This document shows positions 1-11,272 of a DNA stretch of 64,000 nucleotides, piece by piece. Source of the DNA: Octopus vulgaris. Its lineage: Eukaryota. The DNA is taken from the NCBI GenBank assembly GCA_951406725.2, contig OX597822.1, positions 26,598,001 to 26,662,000 of the forward strand, written 5' to 3'. The notes under the pieces are model-generated. The model was not told the DNA's origin. It searched no databases and was given only the letters and a program-made list of their open reading frames with translations. Each line of letters starts with the position of its first letter. The stretch's first letter is position 1. Made by a program: the position numbers and the translations under genes.

Positions 1-340
1 TGGAGCACTGCCTTTAGTCGAGCAAATCGACCCCAGGACTTATTCTTTGTAAGCCTAGTACTTATTTTAACGGTCTCTTTGGCTGAACCGCTAAGTTACA
101 GGGATGTAAACACACCAGCATCAGTTGTCAAGCGATGTTGGGGGGGACAAGCACAGACACACAAACATATATACATATATACGACGGGCTTCTTTCAGTT
201 TCCGTCTACCAAATCCACTCACAAGGCTTTGGTCAGCCCGAGGCTATAGTAGAAGACACTTGCCCAAGGTACCACGCAGTGGGACTGAACCCGGAACCAT
301 GTAGTTCGTAAGCAAGCTACTTGCCACACAGCCATTCCTG
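1..340 (-). mobile_element. tRNA-derived SINE family A, cut by window start
   Basis: Reverse complement of the + copy at 4812-5226, with A-box-like TGGCTGTGTGG and B-box-like GGTTCAGTCCC. Confidence 0.85.
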
Positions 341-992
341 ACTATAAAATAAAATCTTTGTAATAAATATTAATCTAACTCATGCTAACATGGGTAAACA
401 AAACATAACATGAGTGATTGAGCTATATACATACATACATACATATATACATATATACATTAACTTAACTTAACTTAACTAACTTAACATGTATATAGTA
501 GCTGCTTTCTCGTATATAAGCAAAGCCATTACTAGAAAGGTTCATTGAAATGAATCATTGATGATGCAGTGTGAGGCCATTAAATGACTCTTGAGCAAGG
601 CCACAGATTTTCACATTCTATTGCATAATGCTCATGAGAGATCGGTAGCCACTAGACACATTTTTTTTATCTCCTTGTTTCTCTCTTTGTTTCTTTCTGT
701 GTTCCTTTCTGTGAGCTTCCAGTGAGGGCTTAGCTGGCCAACACTTTGGAGTCACTGTCAACAATATTCTTGTTTAAGAATAATGAATATCTATGTAGTG
801 TGTGTATACAATGGGCTTCTACACAGTTTCCGGCTATCAAATTCACTCACAAGACCTTAGTCAGCCTGATGCTACAGCACAAGACACTTGCCCAAGATGC
901 TGTGCAGAGAGATTGAACCGAAAACTATGTGGTTACAAAGCAGCCTTCTTGACTACACGGCCATGCCTAATTGTGTTTAACGCCTTTATTAA

Positions 993-1214
993 CCGTTTTA
1001 TTACAATATTTCTGTCAAGATATGCTACCTTTGATTCAATTAATTTTGAAAAATAATGAAAAATTCATTGAAATAACTTCATTATCAAGTTGGGATCTGG
1101 AACATAAATTAACAGAATATTTTTTGATGGACTGTTTTAATTTTAGATCATTTAAAACAATGAATTTGAATCATAAAACTAAGGGCTGTCTCTGGCAGGT
1201 TGATATCAAAAGGG
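993..1214. mobile_element. piggyBac-like MITE, older copy
   Basis: TTAA at 989-992 and 1215-1218, CC...AAAGGG ends, body similar to 17902-18127. Further decayed copies lie near 2.9, 7.6, 11.8, 60.8 and 61.6 kb. Confidence 0.6.
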
Positions 1215-1384
1215 TTAAAATACTCACTCTTAGAGCAGTAAAAACTCCCTCATATGAAACAAACCCAACACCAATACTACTCTGTTTAACCCCTCCATTC
1301 TACTAAATTACCAATGTTCTATGATGTATTTGTTCTACAGTCATATTTTTTTACCACTAACTTTTACTTGGATATTGATCTCCA

Positions 1385-1855
1385 CTTCTCTCTCTTTCTC
1401 TCTCTCCTCCCAACTTCATTTCTCTATTGACCCTTTCCTCTCTTTGTCTCTCTCTCTCCCCTCTCTCTTGCTCCTGTTTTCTCTTTAGTCTTTCTCTTTT
1501 GCTGTGCTCCCCTCTGCTGCTTTTTCTCTTGCCTCTCTTTTTATTTCTCTTGTTCCTCTCTGCTTTTCCTTTCCCGCTCTCTTTCTCTTAATTCTCTCTT
1601 TCATTCCCCTGTTTCTCTTTCTCTTCTCTCGGTCTTTCTCATCCTCCTCTCCCACTTTCTCTCTCTCTTGCCTGTCTTTTCCTTTCTCTTACTCCTCCCT
1701 TTTTTGCTTCTGGCCTCTTTCTTTCTCTTCTCTCTTTTTCTCTGTCTTTCTTGCCCTTTCTCTCCCTCATATTCTCTCTTGCCCAGCATCATCCTTTTTC
1801 TTCTGCTTCTCTGTTGTCCTTCCCCACTTGTCTCTTTATCGCCCTATCTCTCCTT
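1385..1855. repeat. Long polypyrimidine (CT-rich) low-complexity tract
   Basis: Almost only C and T on the + strand for about 470 nt; explains the spurious S/F/L-rich ORFs. Confidence 0.9.
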
Positions 1856-1912
1856 AAAATTGTACTGATTAAAGCTAATTTCAAAACCACTCCCACCTGC
1901 TTCCTACCTATT

Positions 1913-1950
<38 letters not shown>

Positions 1951-3165
1951 AGTTCTAATGTTTTGTTTATTTGTATTTTGAAATAATAGAAATGCAATTT
2001 ATATTTCTAATTATTCTTTCAGCTCAGCAGATGGAATCTGTTAATACATTTGCTGTTTGAATTCATCAATATTCAGTCCTGTTCGGCTAATTATGGAAAA
2101 AGGATAAAAATAAATGAATGAATGAATAAATAAATAAATAAATAAATAATTAAATACAGGGCAATCAACAAATAAACATACTATAACATATTTGAATAGT
2201 TTTTCTATTGAGAAAACAAAAAATAAAAAGAACCTTAAACTTATGACTATGTATCTGCATACACAAACATACAAGTACACACGTGCACACATATTTAAAC
2301 TCATGGGCACATACATACATATATATATATATATATGTACACACACATACATATATGTATGTTCATATGTATATACTCATGCATATTTGCATACACACAT
2401 ATGCATTCACCCTTCCACACACTTACACAGACATTACCTGTAAGCAGTCATGCATGCACATACCCACACATGCATGCACATAGCTTTATATACACTCAAG
2501 ACATGTACATACACATATCCACATACAGCATATGTATAGACATGCACACAGACATACACACACACACACATGCATACACATCCAGCTTAAAGTATACAAA
2601 CAACCATCACTACACACTCACATTCATACACACACACACAAACACACAAACACCTAGGCATTTATACATAATTTCACATACACACGCATCTACACACAAA
2701 ATAATTCCAGCATCGACACACATGGCTGATTCATAGTCAGCTGTTGGTATAGAATAATAGTGAACACTTCTCTCGTTTGTGTGTTCTGGATATTTTGCTC
2801 TGTTATCAAACCCCTATTCCCCTTCACCCTTTTGTTACCCTATTTCTCTTGAAATACCATTGCTTTTGTTTCAACAGATTTTGAAAATACTGAGGAATTT
2901 ACTAAAATAGCTATATCATTATTAAGCAGGTGATTGGGGCATAAATGAACATTAAATTTTAGTGGAATGTTTTAACTCAGATCACTTTGAAATAGTTTGT
3001 TTCAAAGAATGAGCTGTGGGTTTGATGCATTCCCAGTTCAGTTGGTATTGGAAATATCCAAATCATGTATGCATGTCTTCTCTTACTCTTTTTAATTTAG
3101 AGTAAATTTTGACTGACCACCAACTTTGTAGTAAGGTTGTGAAGGAAACTATCATAATTTAACCA

Positions 3166-3346
3166 TCATCCTTTAAATCTTAAGAAAATTTTGCAGATTT
3201 TTATAGTCCTAAAGATCGTGATCATTTGTTGCTTAGGAATTAAGAATTTGCATTCTCTCTCCAAGATTCTAAGTTCAGCCATACTTTGCTCTAGACAGGT
3301 TGGTATGTATCCTGTTGTTCCAATAATAATGGATATGTACGTATGT
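3166..3346 (-). mobile_element. 3' end of an RLE-type (R4/Dong/NeSL-like) non-LTR retrotransposon ORF
   Basis: SIIIGTTGYIPTCL...QMITIFRTIKICKIFLRFKG* resembles the PxxIGAxGxIP...LQxxxxxGTxxIxxxxL terminus of restriction-like endonuclease domains. A second copy lies at 6555-6715. Confidence 0.55.
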
Positions 3347-3357
3347 TCATATGTACA

Positions 3358-4103
3358 GAAGTACACTGGTTTGTTCACTTGTCTGTGTTCCAACAGGGTG
3401 GTAAAGAAACTTTTGAACTGGTCATTCAGTACTTCACTGATCCTAGTTGGACTGTCTGAGGGAGCCTTCCTTTTGGAAGAGGGATCCTATCTTACAGCAT
3501 ACTGAGGCTGTTTCTTTCGCATAAAGAAAGAAGGCCTTTGGGTTTGACTTAATGTTTTTTATAAGCCAGGCTTCTTTGTCTGCTTTCTCCCTCACATAGG
3601 ATTGTTGCAGCCATTTTTCTATTTTCATCAGTGTTGTTTTTAGGCAGGACCTTTCGCTACTTTTGGGATGTTCGTTAAGTCGATTTGCAACCTTTGTCCG
3701 TCGTCTCATGAGGATCTTCCTCTCCCTTGGAATCTAGTTCCTATTTGTTTTGGCCTTGTGCTCTGGGACATATTTCTGGCATATGGCTTGCTCAACAGAC
3801 AATGAAACATTCTAGTTTCATGTCAATGTCTGGTGTGGAGAGACATTTTGGCCAGTCCTCTCTGAGGACCTCTTTTTGGATTGATTTCCAGTCTGCTTTG
3901 TGGAAGTTCAGATTGGAGAGATTTCGGGTGCTTCCTTTAGGCTTTCGGCCCAAACATAGACAGCTGTATTATATTGTGATCCGAGACTAATGTCGGAATC
4001 ACTTTCATATCATAAATGATGTCCATATTGTTCGTGAAGTAGAGATCCAGAATCTTATTCGTCCTAGTCAGTCTGAGTACAGCTTGCTTCATGAATAGGG
4101 CAT
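3358..4103 (-). mobile_element. CR1/L2-group LINE ORF2 fragment (end of APE endonuclease plus linker), frameshifted
   Basis: Motifs TRTNKILDLYFTN...VSDHNII, IKSNPKAFFLYAK and ISEVLNDQFKSFFT occur in successive frames. Confidence 0.85.
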
Positions 4104-4152
4104 TATATATATATATATATATATATACATATTTATATATATATACATATTG

Positions 4153-4203
<51 letters not shown>

Positions 4204-4221
4204 TATTTATGTTTATATACA

Positions 4222-4793
4222 TGGACACTTAAACTCTGCTTGCGAAGACCTGTTGAGGCAAGTGAAATCAAAATCAAAATCAAATTAGATGACTGGCGTC
4301 TATGCTAGCGGGGTGCACAGAGCACCATACGAGTGTGACCATTGACAGAGTGGCTAACCGGCTTCCGTGCCAGTGGCACTTAAAAGGCACCATTCGAATG
4401 TGATCATTACTAGCGTTGCCTTAAAGAGCACCATCCGGGTATGATTGTTGCCGGAGCAGCTATCTGGCCTCCATGCTGGTGGCATGTAAAAGACACCATT
4501 CGAGTGTAATCGTTACCAGCATAACCTTACTGGCACCTGTGCCGGTGGCATGTGTAAAAGATTTGAGCAAGGTTGTTGCCAGTACCGCCTGACTGGCCCC
4601 GTGCTGGTGGTACGTAAAAGCACCCACTACACTCTCCAAGTGGTTGGCGTTAGGAAGGGCATCCAGCTGTAGAAACTATGCCAGATCAAGATTGAAACCT
4701 GGTGCAGCCATCTGGTTCGCCAGCCCTCAGTCATTCGTCCAACCCATGCTAGCATGGAAAGTGGACGTTAAACGACGACGACGATGATGATGA
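4222..4793 (+). mobile_element. SINE-like family C with internal tandem subunits and (GAT)n tail
   Basis: Repeated GGTGGCACGTAAAAGCACCATTCGAG-like subunits, then GTTGGCGTTAGGAAGGGCATCCAGCTGTAGAAAC...AACCCATGCTAGCATGGAAA...(GAT)n; many copies in the window. Confidence 0.8.
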
Positions 4794-4811
4794 TATTTAT
4801 ATATATACATA

Positions 4812-5226
4812 GGTGCAGGAGTGGCTGTGTGGTAAGTAGCTTGCTAACCAACCACATGGTTCCGGGTTCAGTCCCACTGCGTGGCATCTTGGGCAAGTGT
4901 CTTCTGCTATAGCCCCGGGCCGACCAATGCCTTGTGAGTGGATTTGGTAGATGGAAACTGAAAGAAGCCTGTCGTATATATGTATATATATATAAGTGTG
5001 TGTGTATATGTTTGTGTGTCTGTGTTTGTTCCCCTAGCATTGCTTGACAACCAATGCTGGTGTGTTTACGTCCCCGTCACTTAGCGGTTCGGCAAAAGAG
5101 ACCGATAGAATAAGTACTGGGCTTACAAAGAATAAGTCCCGGGGTCGATTTGCTCGACTAAAGGTGGTGCTCCAGCATGGCCGCAGTCAAATGACTGAAA
5201 CAAGTAAAAGAGTAAAGAGTAAAGAG
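4812..5226 (+). mobile_element. tRNA-derived SINE family A, full length
   Basis: Pol III A/B-box-like head, internal TA/TG microsatellite and (GTAAAAGA)-like tail; more than 10 related copies in the window. Confidence 0.9.
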
Positions 5227-5259
5227 ATATTTATATATGTACATATTTATATATATATT

Positions 5260-5316
<57 letters not shown>

Positions 5317-5374
5317 TTAATGTTTTTAATGGTGGTGCCCCAGCATGGCCACAGCTCGTGAGCTGAAACTAGAT

Positions 5375-5410
<36 letters not shown>

Positions 5411-5501
5411 AAAAAGTGATAACAAAAGAATGAGACCGCGATATTAGGTAAATAGAGGATTATTTATATATGTATAGTTTAGGACAATCAGTAAGTTGTC
5501 A

Positions 5502-5564
5502 TAATAGTACTTGGAGTTTCAAATGTCTGAGGTAAGAGCTATGATGCAATTTCATAGGCTATTA
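5502..5564 (-). ncRNA. Degenerate type I hammerhead ribozyme motif
   Basis: Minus strand reads TAATAG-CCTATGA-[stem II]-GAAAC-TCCAA-GTA-CTATTA, giving a 6-bp stem I; the core carries a G5-to-U lesion. Confidence 0.5.
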
Positions 5565-5771
5565 ATGGCAATAGACTCTATGAAAAAACCATTGTATAAA
5601 CAGGAAGTTACAGGTAGAAAAAATATAAAAGATAAAAATACACACAACCATATTCTCACAATACATAGACATAAAACCTACTGTGTTCATAACGTCTACA
5701 TATGTACACACTTAGACATATATGTGCATGTTTGTATTCATACATATACACATCCACACACATGCACACAT

Positions 5772-5816
<45 letters not shown>

Positions 5817-5891
5817 GGGAGTATGGCTCCAAACTTACAGGGAAAAATTAGTTTTAGTATTAAATCAATAGTGGTTTTATCTCTAATTCAT

Positions 5892-5930
<39 letters not shown>

Positions 5931-6436
5931 GTATATATACATATATATATGTGCATGTAACTTCATCCTCATATACGCATATATATTTATATAGTTAATC
6001 CAAAAAAACATGTATGTATATATGTATACATATATGCATGCATATATATGTATGTATATGTGTATATATTTGTGTATATGCATGTGTCATAATGGTTTAA
6101 CCCAGATGTTAAAGTAACAAATGTATTAAGTTTCTTTTATTTGTTCACTTGCTTACACACACACACGCATACAGACATTGAGACATGCACACAAATGCAC
6201 ACGCACATACTTATATATACCTGTTTGCTTCGTAATATTTGTGTACTTGTCTATTTACCTGTGCAAATGAGCGTGTATCGAGTGCTATTTGATTTTGTTT
6301 ATTCACTCACCCATATTAACGTGTGTGTGTGTATCTGCTTTCTCTTTGTGATTGGAGTTTCATTTTACATATTGATCAGCCACCTGTTCAATGTTAAGGA
6401 ATATGTGTGTGTGTGTTTGTTTGTGTGTGTTGTGTG

Positions 6437-6502
<66 letters not shown>

Positions 6503-6554
6503 TCTGTCAAATGTAGGAGCGTCTTCTTGTTCTTTACATCTTCTTTTGTGTATC

Positions 6555-6715
6555 CATTCATCCTTTAAATTTTAAGGTCTTACAAATTTCTATTGTCCCA
6601 GATATCGTGATCATCTGTGGCTATTAATTATTGATCTATGTTCCTTTCTCCAAGAATCCATACTTTGCTTCAGTCATGTTGCTACACATCCCATTGCTTA
6701 AGTAATAAAGGACAT
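6555..6715 (-). mobile_element. Second RLE-type retrotransposon 3' fragment
   Basis: Reads ...QMITISGTIEICKTLKFKG* and aligns by eye with 3166-3346. Confidence 0.5.
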
Positions 6716-6967
6716 TAAGCTGATAGTGTATTCTGAGCACTGTGTATTTGTATGTGAATGTGTGTGAGTGTGTATGAGAGTGTGGTGAGATTTATGATCT
6801 TTGCTGAATTAAAGCAGGTCACTAACAAAGTGACATGGCACTTTTTTTGTTTTGAGACATTTTTATTGTCATAATTCTGTTGAATAATAATTACGAGAAA
6901 TTCTTTTGTTATTATAATACTGTTCAAGTCTGCAATCTTTGCTTCAATTGATTTAAAAAATAATGAA

Positions 6968-7533
6968 GTGGCCTATGCCAGGGGTGAAACCAGCCCACTT
7001 ATGCGTACCTTTCCTTCATTGAACACTAAACTCTGCTTGCAAAGACCTGTTGAGGCAAGTGAAATTGAAATCACATTCGATGACTGGCATCCGTACTAGT
7101 GGAACACTAAGAGCACCATTCGAGCGTGATTGTTGCCAGAGCAGCTAACTGGCTTCTGTGCCGGTGGCACGTAAAAAACACCTTTTGAGCGGGATCGTTA
7201 CCAGCATCACCTTACTGGCACATGACAAAACATTTGAGTGAAGTCGTTGCCAGTGCTGATGGACTGGCTCCTGTGCAGGTGGCATGTAAAAAACACCATT
7301 TGAGTGTGGCCATCGCCAGTACCGCCCGACTGGCCCTCATGCCGGTGATATGTAAAAGCACCCACTACACTCTCGGAATGGTTGGCATTAGGAATGGCAT
7401 CCAACTGTAGAAACTCTGCCAGATCAGATTGGAGCCTGGTGCAGCCATCTGGTTTGCCAGTCCTCAGTCAAATCTTCCAACCCATGCTAGCATGGAAAGC
7501 AGACGCTAAACGACGATGGTGATGATGATGATG
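6968..7533 (+). mobile_element. SINE-like family C
   Basis: Same subunits, core and (GAT)n tail as 4222-4793. Confidence 0.8.
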
Positions 7534-8212
7534 ATTAGTAAAGTAGCTTTGTTATTATTAAACGAGTGTTTGGCACAAAAATTAATATGAAGTTTTGATG
7601 CAAGATTTTAATTTAGATCACTTTAAAACAGTATGTTTGAATCAGTGAGCAAAGAGTGGGCTTTGGCAAGTTGGAATCCAAACGGTTAAAGAGATTTATG
7701 AATTTGAGAGTGTATATGTAGGTGTATAAATTGAAATACTTGTAACTATATCTGTACATATACTTTGTGGTAGGTGTAAATGTGTGTATGTTTCATTACT
7801 CTTCATGTATGAGTGTATGCATGCTTCTCATTTTTTCTCTAGTAAAGAATAAGAAAGTAGAAGAAAGGTTAGATGTTATGTATGAAGGAAATTATAAATT
7901 TTCCTTTCTTTTGATATGAGCTATTTTCAGTGATAGTGTGTTGGATGTTGTCTTTCAGATACAGCCCACATTTGATAATTTTTAAGTATTTCTCTATTTT
8001 TCCTGTAAAAAAAAATAGCAAAAGTCAAAAAGAAAACAAATGAACAGCAATGAAAGTTCTCAAAGTTTTGAAAAGTTAGTAAAAATTTCATCATTTAAAG
8101 AAAACTGTTGCTACACTGCTATGGTGCAGAGCATCCACTAAAAGTTCGCAACTTTGAACTGGTTGTGTGTGTTGTGGCAAAATGAGAGTTCTGAAGTTTG
8201 ATTTGAAATCCT

Positions 8213-8244
<32 letters not shown>

Positions 8245-8568
8245 TTTAACCTCATTTTTCCCTTGCTTCCAGGGGTCGGATGGAATTTGTTTAGGTAGAT
8301 TTTCTATGACCGGATGTCCTTTTTTGTCGCCAACCCTCACATGTTTTACTAAGAAGATAATATTTCTCCATGATCATGTTTTCAAGGAAAATTGGAAACA
8401 AACGTGACTGCTTGTCTGATAGTGACACCCATTAGCAACTATTATGCAGTGTCAAGATAACAAGGCACAGCCCCCAACCCCCACCCCACCATGCACATGC
8501 ACACATGTGTGAACATGTATGCATACACACACACACATACATACATATATATATATATACACACATAC

Positions 8569-8705
<137 letters not shown>

Positions 8706-8713
8706 TACATATC

Positions 8714-8745
<32 letters not shown>

Positions 8746-8772
8746 CATACACAAATATATATATATATATAA

Positions 8773-8970
8773 AGGTGCCAAGCTGGCAGAAATGTTAGCA
8801 TGCTGGGCGAAATGCTTAGCGGTATTTCGTCTGTCTATATTTTCTGAGTTCAAATTCTGCTGAAGTCAACTTTGCTTTTCATCCTTTCAGGGTTGATACA
8901 TTACGTATCAGTTGCATACTTGGATCAATCTAATCCACTGGGCCCCTCCCCCAAAATTTCATCCCTTGAG
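8773..8970 (+). mobile_element. SINE family B, decayed
   Basis: Matches 26953-27184 in the head and the CTTTCATCCTTTCGGGG-like core. Confidence 0.7.
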
Positions 8971-9393
8971 TAAAAAATGCATACTGTCCTTACCTTTGAA
9001 ACGTGGAGTAGATGAAACAGGGACAACTGGTGAAGGGGAATATTCTTTATGTTGCATGTCTCGTATCTCTGTTTTTTTTGTAAAAGTTCGTTTTCTATGT
9101 TTTTGTTTTTATGTTTTTGTTTCTCATTGTGTTCAACGTTTTTTTGATGTCCTGTACCCATATATGCATGTATATATAAATATATATGTAGGTATGTATA
9201 TGTATGTATATATGCACATATTTATATATTATGTATATTATTATATGATCAAATGCCACGCATCCTTTTTCAAGTAAATTTTATCTATATATATATACCC
9301 ACACAATAGGCTTCTTTCAGTTTCCAACTACCATTCTTATAGATCCATCTTACCAAGCTTTAAGTGGCTTGTGGATATGATAGAAGTATATTG

Positions 9394-9680
9394 AAGGTGC
9401 ATGGTTCAGTGGTTAGGTATTTGGCTCACAGTCATAAGGTCGTGATTTCAATTCCAAGTGGTGTGTTGTGTCCTTGATCAAGACACTTTATTTCACATTA
9501 CTCCAGTTCACTCAACTGGCAAAAATGGGTAGTACCTGTATTTTAAAGGGCCAGCCTTGTCACACTCTGTGTCATACTGAATCTCCCTGAGAACTACGTT
9601 AAGGGTCCACATGTTTGTGGAGTGTTTAACAACCATTGATCGAACCAATTGGAACCCTTGTCATCATAAATAATGAACTG
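9394..9680 (+). mobile_element. tRNA-derived SINE, family E-related
   Basis: Head and middle match 33145-33383 (TGG..AGTGGTTAGG; GTGTCCTTGA.CAAGACACTT); the tail differs. Confidence 0.6.
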
Positions 9681-10267
9681 CCAGTCAGAAGACCTCCCCC
9701 CGCCCCAAGGTGCCACACCAGAGGACAGAATCAAAAGCCATATAGTTGGGGAGGAAACTTCTTAACCACACATCTATACTTGTGCCTTTCTTGAAGAAAA
9801 AATATTTTCTAAATTCTATGGAGCAAATATGCTTTAACAATTTGGCTATTTCCAAATAAATCTATTTGCTCAGTTAAACACTAAAAAATACATTTTATTA
9901 CCAAATGAGAGATTCACTCAAATGTTGGTGTTTATTTTAATACTCTCAAATCTTGAGTTAAGTACAGTCTTTGTCAGTTTCTGTATATCCTCATAGAGAC
10001 CATATATTTTTTTTCATCTTGTGATCATTCATTGTCCATTTGAACGAGTTGATGTCTCATGTGATCACAGTATTATTCATTCATTAAGGCTTTATAATTG
10101 CTACTAAATTGAATAGTGTAGTTGTAAATATAATCTATCTGTAGAAACCACGTGTAAATTTAATTATAGAAACTGCAGAACTGTTGCAATATGTATGTAC
10201 ACACACACACACACATCTATCTATGTGTTGATGGATGTGTGTGTGTGTGTGTGTGTATTGTATGTGT

Positions 10268-10435
10268 ATAGGTTGCGGTGAATAAATTGTAGTCTAAAGT
10301 ACACAAAAATGAAAACAACACTGACATCTCATTTTAACAGCTATATTTACCAAAATTACATTAAAATGTCTTGAAATACTAGAGAATAAATTTTTTCAAT
10401 AAAATCACCATTGGCTTCACACATATAAAACTTAC
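10268..10435. mobile_element. Probable Tc1/mariner-type terminal fragment
   Basis: TA followed by a TIR-like AGGTTGCGGTGAATAAATTG start; no partner end found. Confidence 0.3.
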
Positions 10436-10852
10436 CAGTGTGTATATATGTATTTATATCCCTATTGGTAGGTATATATTATGTGTGAAATGTATATGTA
10501 TATGTATCTGTGTGTTTGCATACAGCAGTTAAGAAGTTTCCTTGCACATATATATTTATATAAATTATCTTCTTTTAACATCTGTCTTCTAATCTGGAAT
10601 CAGCTGGATACTTTGACAGGTTCTGACAGGTTAGAAGATTGTGGAAAATGTATAGCTCATAGCAATAAAAAAAAACCCTAGAAACCATCAGTATATCAAA
10701 TAGAGAGAAGGAATTATTTTATGACAACCGTTTCCATTCAACCACCTGTCTGTCCATCCATCCGTTCATCTCTCTCTCACTATCTACCTAAATATGTAAA
10801 CCCCCCTCTCTCTCTCTCACACACACACACATCAATATTTGTTTTTTTTGTT

Positions 10853-11272
10853 GTGGATGTGTGGTAAGTAGCTTGCTTGCAAACCACATGGTTCCGGGTT
10901 CAGTCCCACTGTGTGGCACCTTGGGCAAGTGTCTTCTACTATAGCCTCGGGCCGACCAAAGTCTTGTGAGTGGAAACTGAAAGAAGCCCGTTGTACATGT
11001 GTGTATATATATATATATGCATATATATATATATGCATATATGTATGTGTGTGCGTGTATATGTTTGTGTGTCTGTTTGTCCCCCCAACATTGTTTGACA
11101 ACCGATGGTGGTGTGTTTACATCCCCGTAACTTAGCAGTTCGGCAAAGAGACCGATAGAATAAGTACTAGGCTTACAAAGAATAAGTCCTGGGATCAATT
11201 TGTTCAACTAAAGGTGGTGCTCCAACATGGTCACAGTCAAATGACTGAAACTAGTAAAAGAATAAAAGAATA
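10853..11272 (+). mobile_element. SINE family A
   Basis: Colinear with 4812-5226. Confidence 0.88.

Noticed and set aside
1504-2736. Several ORFs of 60-130 aa
   Set aside because: They are translations of CT-rich and CA/TA microsatellite sequence. The same applies to the [12 protein letters not shown] and poly-P/S ORFs throughout the window
3166-3393. In-frame fusion of CR1 linker and RLE C-terminus suggesting a dual-endonuclease element
   Set aside because: The whole RT is missing between them and a short simple-repeat spacer separates the parts; adjacent insertions explain it
8985-9060. GAAACGTGGAGTA...CTGGTGA resembling a permuted hammerhead
   Set aside because: The core is mutated and stems I and II could not be paired convincingly
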